The notes beneath the pieces were generated by a model, which saw only the letters and a list, made by a program, of their open reading frames with translations, did not search any database and had not been told where the DNA came from. Position numbers and translations under genes: made by a program. This document shows, one piece after another, positions 52,964 through 60,448 of a stretch of DNA of 64,000 bases. Origin of the DNA: Elusimicrobia bacterium GWB2_63_22 (GTDB lineage: Bacteria; Elusimicrobiota; Elusimicrobia; Elusimicrobiales; UBA9959); NCBI GenBank assembly GCA_001799735.1, contig MGUA01000008.1:7175-71174 (forward strand), written 5' to 3'. Position 1 is the first letter of the stretch. Each line of letters starts with the position of its first letter.

Positions 52964-54376
52964 ATGAACTTCAGGATCTACAACACGCTGACCAGGCAGA
53001 AAGAGATTTTTAAACCGATAAAAGACGGCGAAGTCGGCATCTACACCTGCGGCCCCACTGTCTACCATTACGCGCACATCGGCAACCTGCGCACCTACAT
53101 AACGGAAGACGCTTTTGTCCGCATGCTGAAATTTTTCAGCTGGAAGGTAAAGCGCGTGATGAACATCACCGACGTGGGCCACCTGACCTCGGACGCCGAC
53201 ACCGGCGAGGACAAGATGGAAGTGGGCGCCCGCCGCGAGGGTAAATCCGCCTGGGACGTGGCCAAATTTTACACCGAGGCTTTCTTCAAGGACTACAAGT
53301 CCCTCAACTGCCTGCCCGCCGACGTGCTGTGCCCCGCTACGGACTACATACAGGAAATGATAGACATGGTGCTGGCCCTCGAGAAGAAGGGCTACACCTA
53401 CAGCATAGCCGGCGACGGCGTTTATTTCGACACCTCCAAATTGCCGGATTACGGCAAGCTGGTGGGCAAGAGCCACATAGAAGGCATACAGGAAGGCGCG
53501 CGCGTGGAGGCCAATGCCGCCAAGCGCAACCCCGCCGACTTCTCCGTCTGGAAATTCGCCGCTCCCGGCGAGCAGCGCCAGATGGAATGGGCGTCCCCGT
53601 GGGGCAAAGGTTTTCCCGGCTGGCACATGGAGTGCTCGGCCATGGCGGTCAAACACCTCGGCGAGACCATAGACATACACTGGGGCGGCGAGGACCACGT
53701 GGCGGTGCACCACACCAACGAGATCGCCCAGAGCGAGGCGGCCAGCGGCAAGCCGTTCGCCCATTACTGGATGCACGCCCGGTTCCTGGTGATGGGGAAT
53801 CTCGGCAAGATGTCCAAGAGCTCCGGTGATTTTCTCACCACTTCTTCCCTGCCCGAGAAAGGCTACGACCCGCTGGCCTACCGCTACTACTGCATGCTGA
53901 CGCATTACCGCAAGCAGCTGGAATTTACCTGGGAAGCCGTGGAAGCGGCTGCCCGCGGCCTGGACGGCCTGCGCGCGCTGGCGCAGCGGGTGAAGGCCGA
54001 GGCCGGCGCCGCGCCGCAAGCCCTGGACCGCGAGGCCAAGCATTACAAAGACTTCTGCGAGGCCCTGGCCGACGACCTGAACATGCCTGCCGCGATGGCC
54101 GTGCTGTGGGAGACGCTTAAAGACAATGCCATCCCCGCGCCGCAGCGCCTGGCTTTCGCCCTGGCGGCCGAGGAAGTTACGGCCCTGGACCTTTTTAAAG
54201 TTAAAGAAGCCGGTGAACTGCCGGCCGAGCTTGCGGCGCTGATAAAGGACCGCGAGGCCGCCCGCGCGGCCAAGGACTGGAAGAAGTCCGACGAGCTGCG
54301 CAAGGCGCTTTCCGATAAAGGCGTGCTGATAGAGGACGCCCCCGGCGGCACCAAGTGGCGGCTGGTCCGCGGCTAG
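52964..54376 (+). CDS. cysS: Cysteine--tRNA ligase
   Basis: CGPTVYHYAHIGN (HIGH), KMSKS, WHMEC zinc site. Confidence 0.95.
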   Translation: MNFRIYNTLTRQKEIFKPIKDGEVGIYTCGPTVYHYAHIGNLRTYITEDAFVRMLKFFSWKVKRVMNITDVGHLTSDADTGEDKMEVGARREGKSAWDVAKFYTEAFFKDYKSLNCLPADVLCPATDYIQEMIDMVLALEKKGYTYSIAGDGVYFDTSKLPDYGKLVGKSHIEGIQEGARVEANAAKRNPADFSVWKFAAPGEQRQMEWASPWGKGFPGWHMECSAMAVKHLGETIDIHWGGEDHVAVHHTNEIAQSEAASGKPFAHYWMHARFLVMGNLGKMSKSSGDFLTTSSLPEKGYDPLAYRYYCMLTHYRKQLEFTWEAVEAAARGLDGLRALAQRVKAEAGAAPQALDREAKHYKDFCEALADDLNMPAAMAVLWETLKDNAIPAPQRLAFALAAEEVTALDLFKVKEAGELPAELAALIKDREAARAAKDWKKSDELRKALSDKGVLIEDAPGGTKWRLVRG

Positions 54377-54385
54377 GCTGCGGGC

Positions 54386-54415
54386 TTGTTAAAAAAGGGG
54401 CTTTTTTGGTAAAAT
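54386..54415 (+). promoter_or_regulatory. Candidate sigma70 promoter for tRNA-Gly
   Basis: TTGTTA, 18 nt, TAAAAT, ending about 20 nt before the tRNA 5' end. Confidence 0.3.
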
Positions 54416-54435
54416 AATCAGGTAGTTAGGCAAAT

Positions 54436-54509
54436 GCGGGCGTGGTTCAGTGGTAGAACGCGACCTTGCCAAGGTTGAGATGTGGGTTCGATTCCCATCG
54501 CCCGCTCCA
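54436..54509 (+). tRNA. tRNA-Gly (anticodon GCC), CCA encoded
   Basis: Acceptor GCGGGCG/CGCCCGC, D-arm GTTCAGTGGTAGAAC, anticodon loop CTTGCCAAG, T-arm GTGGGTTCGATTCCCAT, discriminator T plus CCA. Confidence 0.95.
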
Positions 54510-54522
54510 GATTTAATGTATT

Positions 54523-54550
54523 AGGCCATCCCTTCGGGATGGCCTTTTCC
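54523..54550 (+). terminator. Intrinsic terminator after tRNA-Gly
   Basis: AGGCCATCCC / TTCG / GGGATGGCCT followed by TTTCC. Confidence 0.7.
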
Positions 54551-54555
54551 ATTAT

Positions 54556-54778
54556 GCGGGCTATGGGAATCTTTCCTTATGGGGAGGCTCGCTGCCGCTC
54601 GCATGTCGCCCGCTAAGAAAACTAAATCCTGGGCTATGGGAATCATTCCTTACGGAAGAACGGTCGCTGCCGCTCCCTGTCGCCCGCTCAGAAAACCAAA
54701 TTCTGGGCGATGGGAATTATTCCTTATGAAGAGGCTAGCTGCCGCTCGCGGGCTTATGTTTCCTGCAAAACTTGCCGG
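54556..54778. repeat. Three tandem 73-74-bp repeats
   Basis: Units start at 54558, 54631 and 54705 (GGGC[TG]ATGGGAAT...). Conserved GCTGCCGCTC core. Units 1 and 2 end in TCGCCCGCT, identical to the tRNA-Gly 3' acceptor strand. Confidence 0.85.
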
Positions 54779-54874
54779 GATTTAAGTAAGCCAGGGAGGG
54801 GAGTGTGGTGCCGCGCTTGGAACCCGCACCGTGGACTTGCGGCATCTTCACAAATCCTTTTGCAAACATTTCCA

Positions 54875-54896
54875 TGCGAAAATATTTATTTTCACA
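54875..54896. promoter_or_regulatory. Dyad symmetry TGCGAAAATA-TT-TATTTTCACA, candidate enhancer-binding-protein site
   Basis: 9 of 10 positions are symmetric. Centred about 105 bp upstream of the sigma54 -24 element. AAAATATTTA recurs 20 bp downstream. Confidence 0.3.
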
Positions 54897-54989
54897 TAAA
54901 AATATTTAATCGAAGCGGATAAGCCAGAGCTGACAATGGGGAGAGCGGTTACGTGGGCTGGCAGGCCCAAAAGACGGCGCTCGGTGCGC

Positions 54990-55005
54990 TGGCATATAAA
55001 TTGCT
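54990..55005 (+). promoter_or_regulatory. Candidate sigma54 (-24/-12) promoter
   Basis: TGGCAT-ATAAA-TTGCT versus the consensus TGGCAC-N5-TTGCW, with correct spacing. 54 nt upstream of the peptide ATG. Confidence 0.55.
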
Positions 55006-55058
55006 CCGTTTGTGGTACAGGCGCAGCAAAAAGAATATTTAACGGAGGATAGAAGAAA

Positions 55059-55268
55059 ATGAATATAGATCTAGCGGTAAAATCCTTGAACATGACAGAC
55101 GGAGAAGTGCTGACCTTGGAAAAAGCCAAGAGTCGCATGGAATTCGAAGCCCTGCCGTTGATGGTGGCGGCCCACCTTCCGGAAGCGGCTTCCACAAGAT
55201 GTGGCACTTATAGCGATCCGGACGACCCCTGCCCGGATGATGATCCTCTCGACTACAAAGGGTCGTAA
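55059..55268 (+). CDS. 69-aa candidate RiPP precursor peptide (acidic Cys/Asp/Pro-rich C-terminus)
   Basis: GGAGGA 9 nt upstream of the ATG. Sequence ends ...EAASTRCGTYSDPDDPCPDDDPLDYKGS. Located directly upstream of a radical SAM/SPASM gene. Confidence 0.65.
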   Translation: MNIDLAVKSLNMTDGEVLTLEKAKSRMEFEALPLMVAAHLPEAASTRCGTYSDPDDPCPDDDPLDYKGS

Positions 55269-55288
55269 GCTAAAATCTTACCCAACTG

Positions 55289-55325
55289 CTGCCGGGGAAC
55301 CGAAGACAACTCGGTTTCCCGGCAG
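55289..55325 (+). promoter_or_regulatory. Hairpin after the peptide gene (possible attenuator or mRNA stabiliser)
   Basis: CTGCCGGGGAACCGA / AGACAAC / TCGGTTTCCCGGCAG (one mismatch) followed by TTTAC. Confidence 0.5.
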
Positions 55326-55433
55326 TTTACGCTTCCCCTGGAATCGAATATTTGTAAACAATGGCCCGCTACCGCTATAATAAGCACAAGCTCCGGCTGC
55401 GGACTGGGGCCCGGTTTTACAGGATAATGCAAG

Positions 55434-56846
55434 ATGAAATACTACATCAGCCGGTACTTGAACGCTATTGATCTTGGGGAAACTGTCCTTTTATTTAACG
55501 GGGTCAACGGCTGCCTGGACGAGGTTTCAGGAAAACCCGCCGCTATCCTTAAGTCCGGGAATTCTGAGCTGCTGACTTCCCTGACCGAAGGTGACCAGGC
55601 CGCGCTTCTGAAGCGCGGACATATAACCAGTCTCACCCCGGAGGAGGAACTGCTGCGCTTCAGGGAGTACGCCTCCGCCCTCCATAAAAAACTGGAAACT
55701 GATTCCCAGACAGGCGGCATCATGCTGCTGATGAGCTATAACTGCAATCTGGCCTGCAAATACTGCTATCAGCAGAAGCACAGGCCGCAGAAGTCCAAGG
55801 CGCTCATTACCCCGGAACTGGTCGAGGCTGTTTTTGAAAAACATATTTTCCAAATGATTCCCGGAGCGCGGCTCCAGGGTTCAGATATCTCTTTCTACGG
55901 CGGCGAACCTTTCCTGCCCGCGAACGAGCCCGCCATACGGAAAGCCCTGGAGTACGCGAAAAAATACGGGATGACGGCGTCAGCCATTTCCAACGCCACT
56001 AAAACCGACCTGATGCCGGACATTTTTGGGCCAGGCCCGGGGCAGGTCAGCCGCGTCCAGGTTTCATTGGACGGCAGCAGGGAACTGCACGACGTCTCCA
56101 GGGTGCCGCTATCCGGAGAAAGAACTTATGACAAGATCCTCGAGAATATTTCATTGCTTCTCGAGCGCAAAACAGCGGTCAGCATAAGGCTTAACCTGGA
56201 CCGGCGCACTCTGGCGTCCGTGCCGCAGCTTATCGCGGAACTTAAAGCGAAGAACATCCTCGGCAACAAATACGCGACCATCTGCGCCAGTCCGCTGCAC
56301 GACAATATCGCGGAGGTTGACGCCACGGACTTCATGGGCCTTGCCGAGTTATCCGCGCAGGTCTTCAGCCTCGGGATAGACCTGGAACATCCGGTAAGCC
56401 TTCACGCCAGCGATGCCAGTTACCTGCTCAGCCTGAAAGCCGGGATCGGCCTGACGCACACCTCGTTCTGCATGCAGACAATGCAGCGGACTCTGGTCCT
56501 GGATCCTTTCGGCGACCTGTACGCCTGCTTCGAGGAGGCCGGGTATCCGGAGTTCCGCGTAGGCCATGTTTCGCAAAACGGGGTGGAGTTTTTCCCCCTC
56601 CGCGATACATACAAGAGACGGCATATCGCGAACATGGCGGACTGTTTAAAATGCCCGGTAGCTCTTGCCTGCGGCGGCCAGTGCGGGGCGAGATGCCGCG
56701 CCAAGACCGGAGATCTGTTTAAGCCTCATTGCGGGGACATAAAACAGGTAATACTTGAAGGTCTGAAGCTGGCCTATCTCAAATGGCGGTCTGACCCGGA
56801 AAAAACCGCGCCGCGGTCCGGGCCTCCGGTTTCTACGCACGGATAA
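55434..56846 (+). CDS. Radical SAM/SPASM peptide-maturase-like enzyme with about 95-aa N-terminal extension
   Basis: CNLACKYC (CX3CX2C), FYGGEPFL, and SPASM motifs C...GDLYAC and CLKCPVALACGGQC (CX2CX5CX3C). Confidence 0.88.
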   Translation: MKYYISRYLNAIDLGETVLLFNGVNGCLDEVSGKPAAILKSGNSELLTSLTEGDQAALLKRGHITSLTPEEELLRFREYASALHKKLETDSQTGGIMLLMSYNCNLACKYCYQQKHRPQKSKALITPELVEAVFEKHIFQMIPGARLQGSDISFYGGEPFLPANEPAIRKALEYAKKYGMTASAISNATKTDLMPDIFGPGPGQVSRVQVSLDGSRELHDVSRVPLSGERTYDKILENISLLLERKTAVSIRLNLDRRTLASVPQLIAELKAKNILGNKYATICASPLHDNIAEVDATDFMGLAELSAQVFSLGIDLEHPVSLHASDASYLLSLKAGIGLTHTSFCMQTMQRTLVLDPFGDLYACFEEAGYPEFRVGHVSQNGVEFFPLRDTYKRRHIANMADCLKCPVALACGGQCGARCRAKTGDLFKPHCGDIKQVILEGLKLAYLKWRSDPEKTAPRSGPPVSTHG

Positions 56847-56849
56847 ACT

Positions 56850-57965
56850 ATGCCCGACAGCGATCCTTTGACATACAAGAACCATCTGAAGAGGGCTTAT
56901 TTCGTAAAGTACGGGGAAAAGGTCCTGGCGATAACCGACACCTCGTGCTACCACCTGGCCGAGGAGACGGCCCTGCTGGCTGCTAATTTGCCTGAAAAAG
57001 GCAAAAAAGAAGCCTACCTCTGTTTTTTGTCGGGGTTGGGGGTGACGAAGCCGGAAAAGATATTCGAAAAGCTTCTTGATATAGGGGCCTTGCACATAAA
57101 TGTCGCGCGCACCTGGAAAGATATAGCAGGCATGGTTATATCGCCGAAGCTGAGGCTGATCGGGCCGCAGCTCCAGGAAAAGGTGCTGGGCTCTATCGGA
57201 GTGGGAGCGGCCGGCCTTAAGAGATCGGCCGGAGCGCTCTGCTGGCTGTCTTTCCCGGGTTTGATCTGGGGAATTGCGCTGCTGTTTTCCGGCCCCGGCG
57301 CCTCTCAAGCTTCGCCGTCCGGCAATGCGAGCGGCTTAGCGGTGCTTCTCCTGGTCATAGCCAGCAGTCTGCTGCACGAGCTTGGCCACTCTTTCGCCGC
57401 CGCGGCTTCCGGCATAGGTTTCCGGCCCATTGGTTTTTCGGTCTATCTCATCTATCCGGTTTTTTATACCAATGTTTCAGGCATCGACAAACTTGACCTG
57501 AAAGCGAAGGCGTTCATAGATTGCGGCGGTTTTATCCCGCAATCCATTTTCCTGTTTTTCCTATTGATGGTCAGTTCCGCTTTCGGGAGCGCCGCCGCCG
57601 CGGAAGCCGCGCGCTGGATAGTCTATATAGTCCTTTTCAACCTTAATCCTTTATTGAGAACCGACGGGTACTGGCTGTATAAAGATATCTATGCAGAGCT
57701 GAAAGCCAGCCCCTGGGCCCGGGCCATGCATTACCTGTACCTGTCGGCGTTCTTTGTTTTCTCGGTGTACTTCCTGTGGTTCATCTATTCCAGGCTCGGC
57801 GGCTTCTGGGGCGAGCTGAAGATTCTGGCGCGTTCTCCGGAATATCTGTTCCAGGGCGGGTATCGCATACTGCTGGGGGCATATTTTATTTTTCTCGGCC
57901 TGACCGGCGGACTCCGCCGGTTCAAGGAAGGCCGCAAGGAATGGGACGAGCTCCGCAGGAGTTAA
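56850..57965 (+). CDS. M50 (site-2-protease-like) membrane zinc metalloprotease with N-terminal soluble domain
   Basis: HELGH in a TM segment plus the NLNPLLRTDG (NxxPxxxxDG) motif. Multiple TM helices. Starts 4 nt after the rSAM stop. Confidence 0.72.
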   Translation: MPDSDPLTYKNHLKRAYFVKYGEKVLAITDTSCYHLAEETALLAANLPEKGKKEAYLCFLSGLGVTKPEKIFEKLLDIGALHINVARTWKDIAGMVISPKLRLIGPQLQEKVLGSIGVGAAGLKRSAGALCWLSFPGLIWGIALLFSGPGASQASPSGNASGLAVLLLVIASSLLHELGHSFAAAASGIGFRPIGFSVYLIYPVFYTNVSGIDKLDLKAKAFIDCGGFIPQSIFLFFLLMVSSAFGSAAAAEAARWIVYIVLFNLNPLLRTDGYWLYKDIYAELKASPWARAMHYLYLSAFFVFSVYFLWFIYSRLGGFWGELKILARSPEYLFQGGYRILLGAYFIFLGLTGGLRRFKEGRKEWDELRRS

Positions 57966-57966
57966 C

Positions 57967-58821
57967 GTGGGCATGATGAAAAAACCTTTCAGGCGCGCTT
58001 TCATAGAGATAACCAACAGCTGCAACCTGGCTTGCGGTTTCTGCGCCTCGTCGTCGCGGCCCAAGACCGAGATGACGCTGGAGAATTTCGAGCGCGCGGC
58101 CGCGCAGGCCGGGGAGCTGGCGGCGGTGCTGTTCCTGCACCTGCTGGGCGAACCTTTCATGCATCCGCGGCTTCCTGAGCTGCTGGCGGCCTGCTCCCGC
58201 CTGGGGCTGAAGGTGAACCTGGTCACCAACGGCCTGCTGCTCAATAAGTTCGGGCCGGCTATTTTCACGGAGGGCTGCCTGAACCAAGTCTCCGTCTCCC
58301 TTCAGGCTTTAAGCGGATTGCCTCCCGAACGGCGCGCCGCGGAGCTGGGCGGCCTTATGCAGTTCGCGCTGCGGCGGCCGACGGGGCTTATAGTCAGTTT
58401 CAGGCTGCGCGGGAACCCGGACGACGCTTTTGTTAAGGATACTAAAGCGGCGGTGCTTGAAGCGCTGGCTGGCGGCGGCCCCGGCGAGAAAGTGCGCGAC
58501 GGGCTTAAGCTGCGCGAGGGCGTGTATCTGAATTTCGGCAGTATTTTCGACTGGCCCGGCGGCCCGGGCGGCAGGCCCAAGAAGGGCTGCCTGGGGCTGC
58601 GGCATCATTTCGGCATTTTAAGCGACGGGCGGGTGGTGCCCTGCTGCGCGGATGTCGACGGCGCCATGGCGCTGGGGAACGTCAACGAGAAACCGTTGGC
58701 GGAGATCCTTTCCGGCCCCAGGGCGCTTGCCCTGCGCGACAGCATAGCCGGCCGCACACCCATGCCACCCTTCTGCGCCTCCTGCGGCTTCACCGCTCCC
58801 GATATAGAACCCGCCCCGTGA
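57967..58821 (+). CDS. Second radical SAM enzyme (short, with C-terminal auxiliary Cys motifs)
   Basis: CNLACGFC (CX3CX2C), HLLGEPF, C-terminal C...GRVVPCC and FCASCG. GTG at 57967 or ATG at 57973/57976. Confidence 0.85.
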   Translation: MGMMKKPFRRAFIEITNSCNLACGFCASSSRPKTEMTLENFERAAAQAGELAAVLFLHLLGEPFMHPRLPELLAACSRLGLKVNLVTNGLLLNKFGPAIFTEGCLNQVSVSLQALSGLPPERRAAELGGLMQFALRRPTGLIVSFRLRGNPDDAFVKDTKAAVLEALAGGGPGEKVRDGLKLREGVYLNFGSIFDWPGGPGGRPKKGCLGLRHHFGILSDGRVVPCCADVDGAMALGNVNEKPLAEILSGPRALALRDSIAGRTPMPPFCASCGFTAPDIEPAP

Positions 58822-58832
58822 TCTGAATATGG

Positions 58833-58886
58833 AATCCGGGGACACAATACTTAATTCTGTCCAATTAAGTATTGTGTCCCCGGATT
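58833..58886. repeat. Perfect 24-bp inverted repeat with 6-nt spacer
   Basis: AATCCGGGGACACAATACTTAATT / CTGTCC / AATTAAGTATTGTGTCCCCGGATT, 12 nt after the last rSAM stop. No T-tract. Confidence 0.85.
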
Positions 58887-58945
58887 GCCACGAACGGGGG
58901 GCGGTTTGCTTTAAGGCGGGGGAAAGAGTAGAGTTAATAGACCCC

Positions 58946-59941
58946 ATGGCCAAACAACCTGAACTTATCAAAGAAATCGAGACGCTGCTTGCCGCGGACG
59001 GCAGGGTAGACACCGCGCTGTCGGTGGTGTTCTTCAAGGACCGGCTCGCCTATAAGCTCAAGCGGGAGATAAAGACCGGCTTTGTGGATTACTCCACGCT
59101 GCGCAAGAGAAAGGCCATGTGCGAGCGCGAGTTCCTTATAAACAAGAAGAACTCCCCGGACCTGTATATCGCCGTGGCCGCCGTGTGCCGCGGCCGGGAC
59201 GGCGCCTTAAAACTTTGGGGCGGCAAGGGCCCCCTGCCAGGAGTCCCGGTGGAATACCTGGTAGAGATGAACCGGTTCAGGGAGAAGGACCTGCTGAGCA
59301 ACCTGGCCAGGGCCGGGTCGCTGGACTCCGCAATTTCCGACGTGCTGATAGAGCGGGTGGCGGCCATGCACGCCGCGGCCCCGCGCGTTCCGGCCGGGAA
59401 CTACGACAAAAAATTCCGCAAGGCGGTGGACATCTCCATCCGCCAGTTCCGCGAATCCGCGGCCGGGGTGCTGCCGCCGGACGCCTGGAGGGACGTAAGC
59501 GCCAAGCTGCTGCGCGCCTTCGAGCGCTGCGCGCCCGTGCTGAAAAAAAGAGGGAAGAGTAACATAAAGGACTGCCACGGGGACCTGCACCTGGGCAACG
59601 TCTGCCTTTACGGCGGGCGGCCGCGCGTCTTCGACGCGGTGGAGTTCAATCCCGAATTCACGCACATCGACACGTTTTACGACCTGGCTTTCCTGCTGAT
59701 GGACTACCATCACCACAGGATGCCCAGGCAGGCCGAAAGGGCCGCCGATAAATACCTGGCCGCGGCGGGGCTGGACCGCGCGGATTTCGCGGCGCTGATG
59801 CCGCTCTACATGGGGCTGAGGGCCGTGATCCGCAGCAGCATTTCGGCCGCCGGCTCAAAATGCGTGCGGGGGGAACCGCAGCGGCGCTTAAGGGCGGAAG
59901 CCGTGCGCTACCATGGAGAGGCCCTGGAGTACCTGGAGTAG
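58946..59941 (+). CDS. APH-fold phosphotransferase family protein
   Basis: The ATG at 58946 avoids the palindrome. VFFKDRLAYKLKR, CHGDLHLGNV, FDAVEFNPEFTHIDTFYDLAFLLMD. Confidence 0.68.
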   Translation: MAKQPELIKEIETLLAADGRVDTALSVVFFKDRLAYKLKREIKTGFVDYSTLRKRKAMCEREFLINKKNSPDLYIAVAAVCRGRDGALKLWGGKGPLPGVPVEYLVEMNRFREKDLLSNLARAGSLDSAISDVLIERVAAMHAAAPRVPAGNYDKKFRKAVDISIRQFRESAAGVLPPDAWRDVSAKLLRAFERCAPVLKKRGKSNIKDCHGDLHLGNVCLYGGRPRVFDAVEFNPEFTHIDTFYDLAFLLMDYHHHRMPRQAERAADKYLAAAGLDRADFAALMPLYMGLRAVIRSSISAAGSKCVRGEPQRRLRAEAVRYHGEALEYLE

Positions 59942-59959
59942 AGAGCATCTCCGGAAAAT

Positions 59960-59987
59960 AAAAAGGCCGTCACATGACGGCCTTTTT
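59960..59987. terminator. Bidirectional intrinsic terminator
   Basis: AAAAAGGCCGTCA...TGACGGCCTTTTT between convergent genes. Confidence 0.7.
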
Positions 59988-60004
59988 GCTTTATGCGACC
60001 GCAG

Positions 60005-60448
60005 CTATTGCGGCAGGGCGGAGACGGACAGCCAGTAGCGCCCGAACTGGCAGATCACGTCCTTGAAGCATTCGAAACTGGCCGGCTTGGTGATAAAAGA
60101 GGCGGCGCCGTATTCGTAGCTGCGGGTTATGTCCTCGCTGGAGGAGGAGGTGGTCAGCATGGTGACCGGGATCTTTTTGAACAGCGGGTCGGCCTTGAGC
60201 CGGCGGAGCAGCGCGAAGCCGTCCATCATCGGCAGGCTGATGTCCAGCAGCATCAGGTCGGGCATCACGGGCTTCCGGCCCGCATACTTGCCCCGGCAAT
60301 GCAGGTAGTCCAGCGCTTCGGCCGCGTCGGTTACGGTGGCGAGGGTGTGCTTGAACCCCATGGAGGCGAAAACCTTTTTCGCCATAAGGGTGTCGTCTTC
60401 GCTGTCATCCACCAGCAGGATCTTGAGGCCTGAATAATAAATACCCAT
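60005..60448 (-). CDS. Stand-alone response-regulator receiver domain
   Basis: ILLVDDSEDD, the phospho-acceptor context LMLLDISLPMMDG, and TMLTTS. Confidence 0.85.
   Translation of the reverse strand: MGIYYSGLKILLVDDSEDDTLMAKKVFASMGFKHTLATVTDAAEALDYLHCRGKYAGRKPVMPDLMLLDISLPMMDGFALLRRLKADPLFKKIPVTMLTTSSSSEDITRSYEYGAASFITKPASFECFKDVICQFGRYWLSVSALPQ

Noticed and set aside
54556-54778. Possible CRISPR array.
   Set aside because: Whole 73-74-bp units repeat with scattered substitutions. There are no unique spacers between short repeats, and no cas genes are in the window.
54579-54785. A 68-aa ORF (and 54710-54922) across the tandem repeats.
   Set aside because: Its periodic sequence simply reflects the 74-bp DNA repeat. 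There is no RBS and it lies between a tRNA terminator and the island promoter.
54436-58886. Prophage or integrative element with integrase at the tRNA.
   Set aside because: No integrase, excisionase, transposase or phage gene is present between the tRNA and the palindrome. I found no second copy of the tRNA 3' end beyond the tandem repeats. Only the island-like composition and the repeats are reported.
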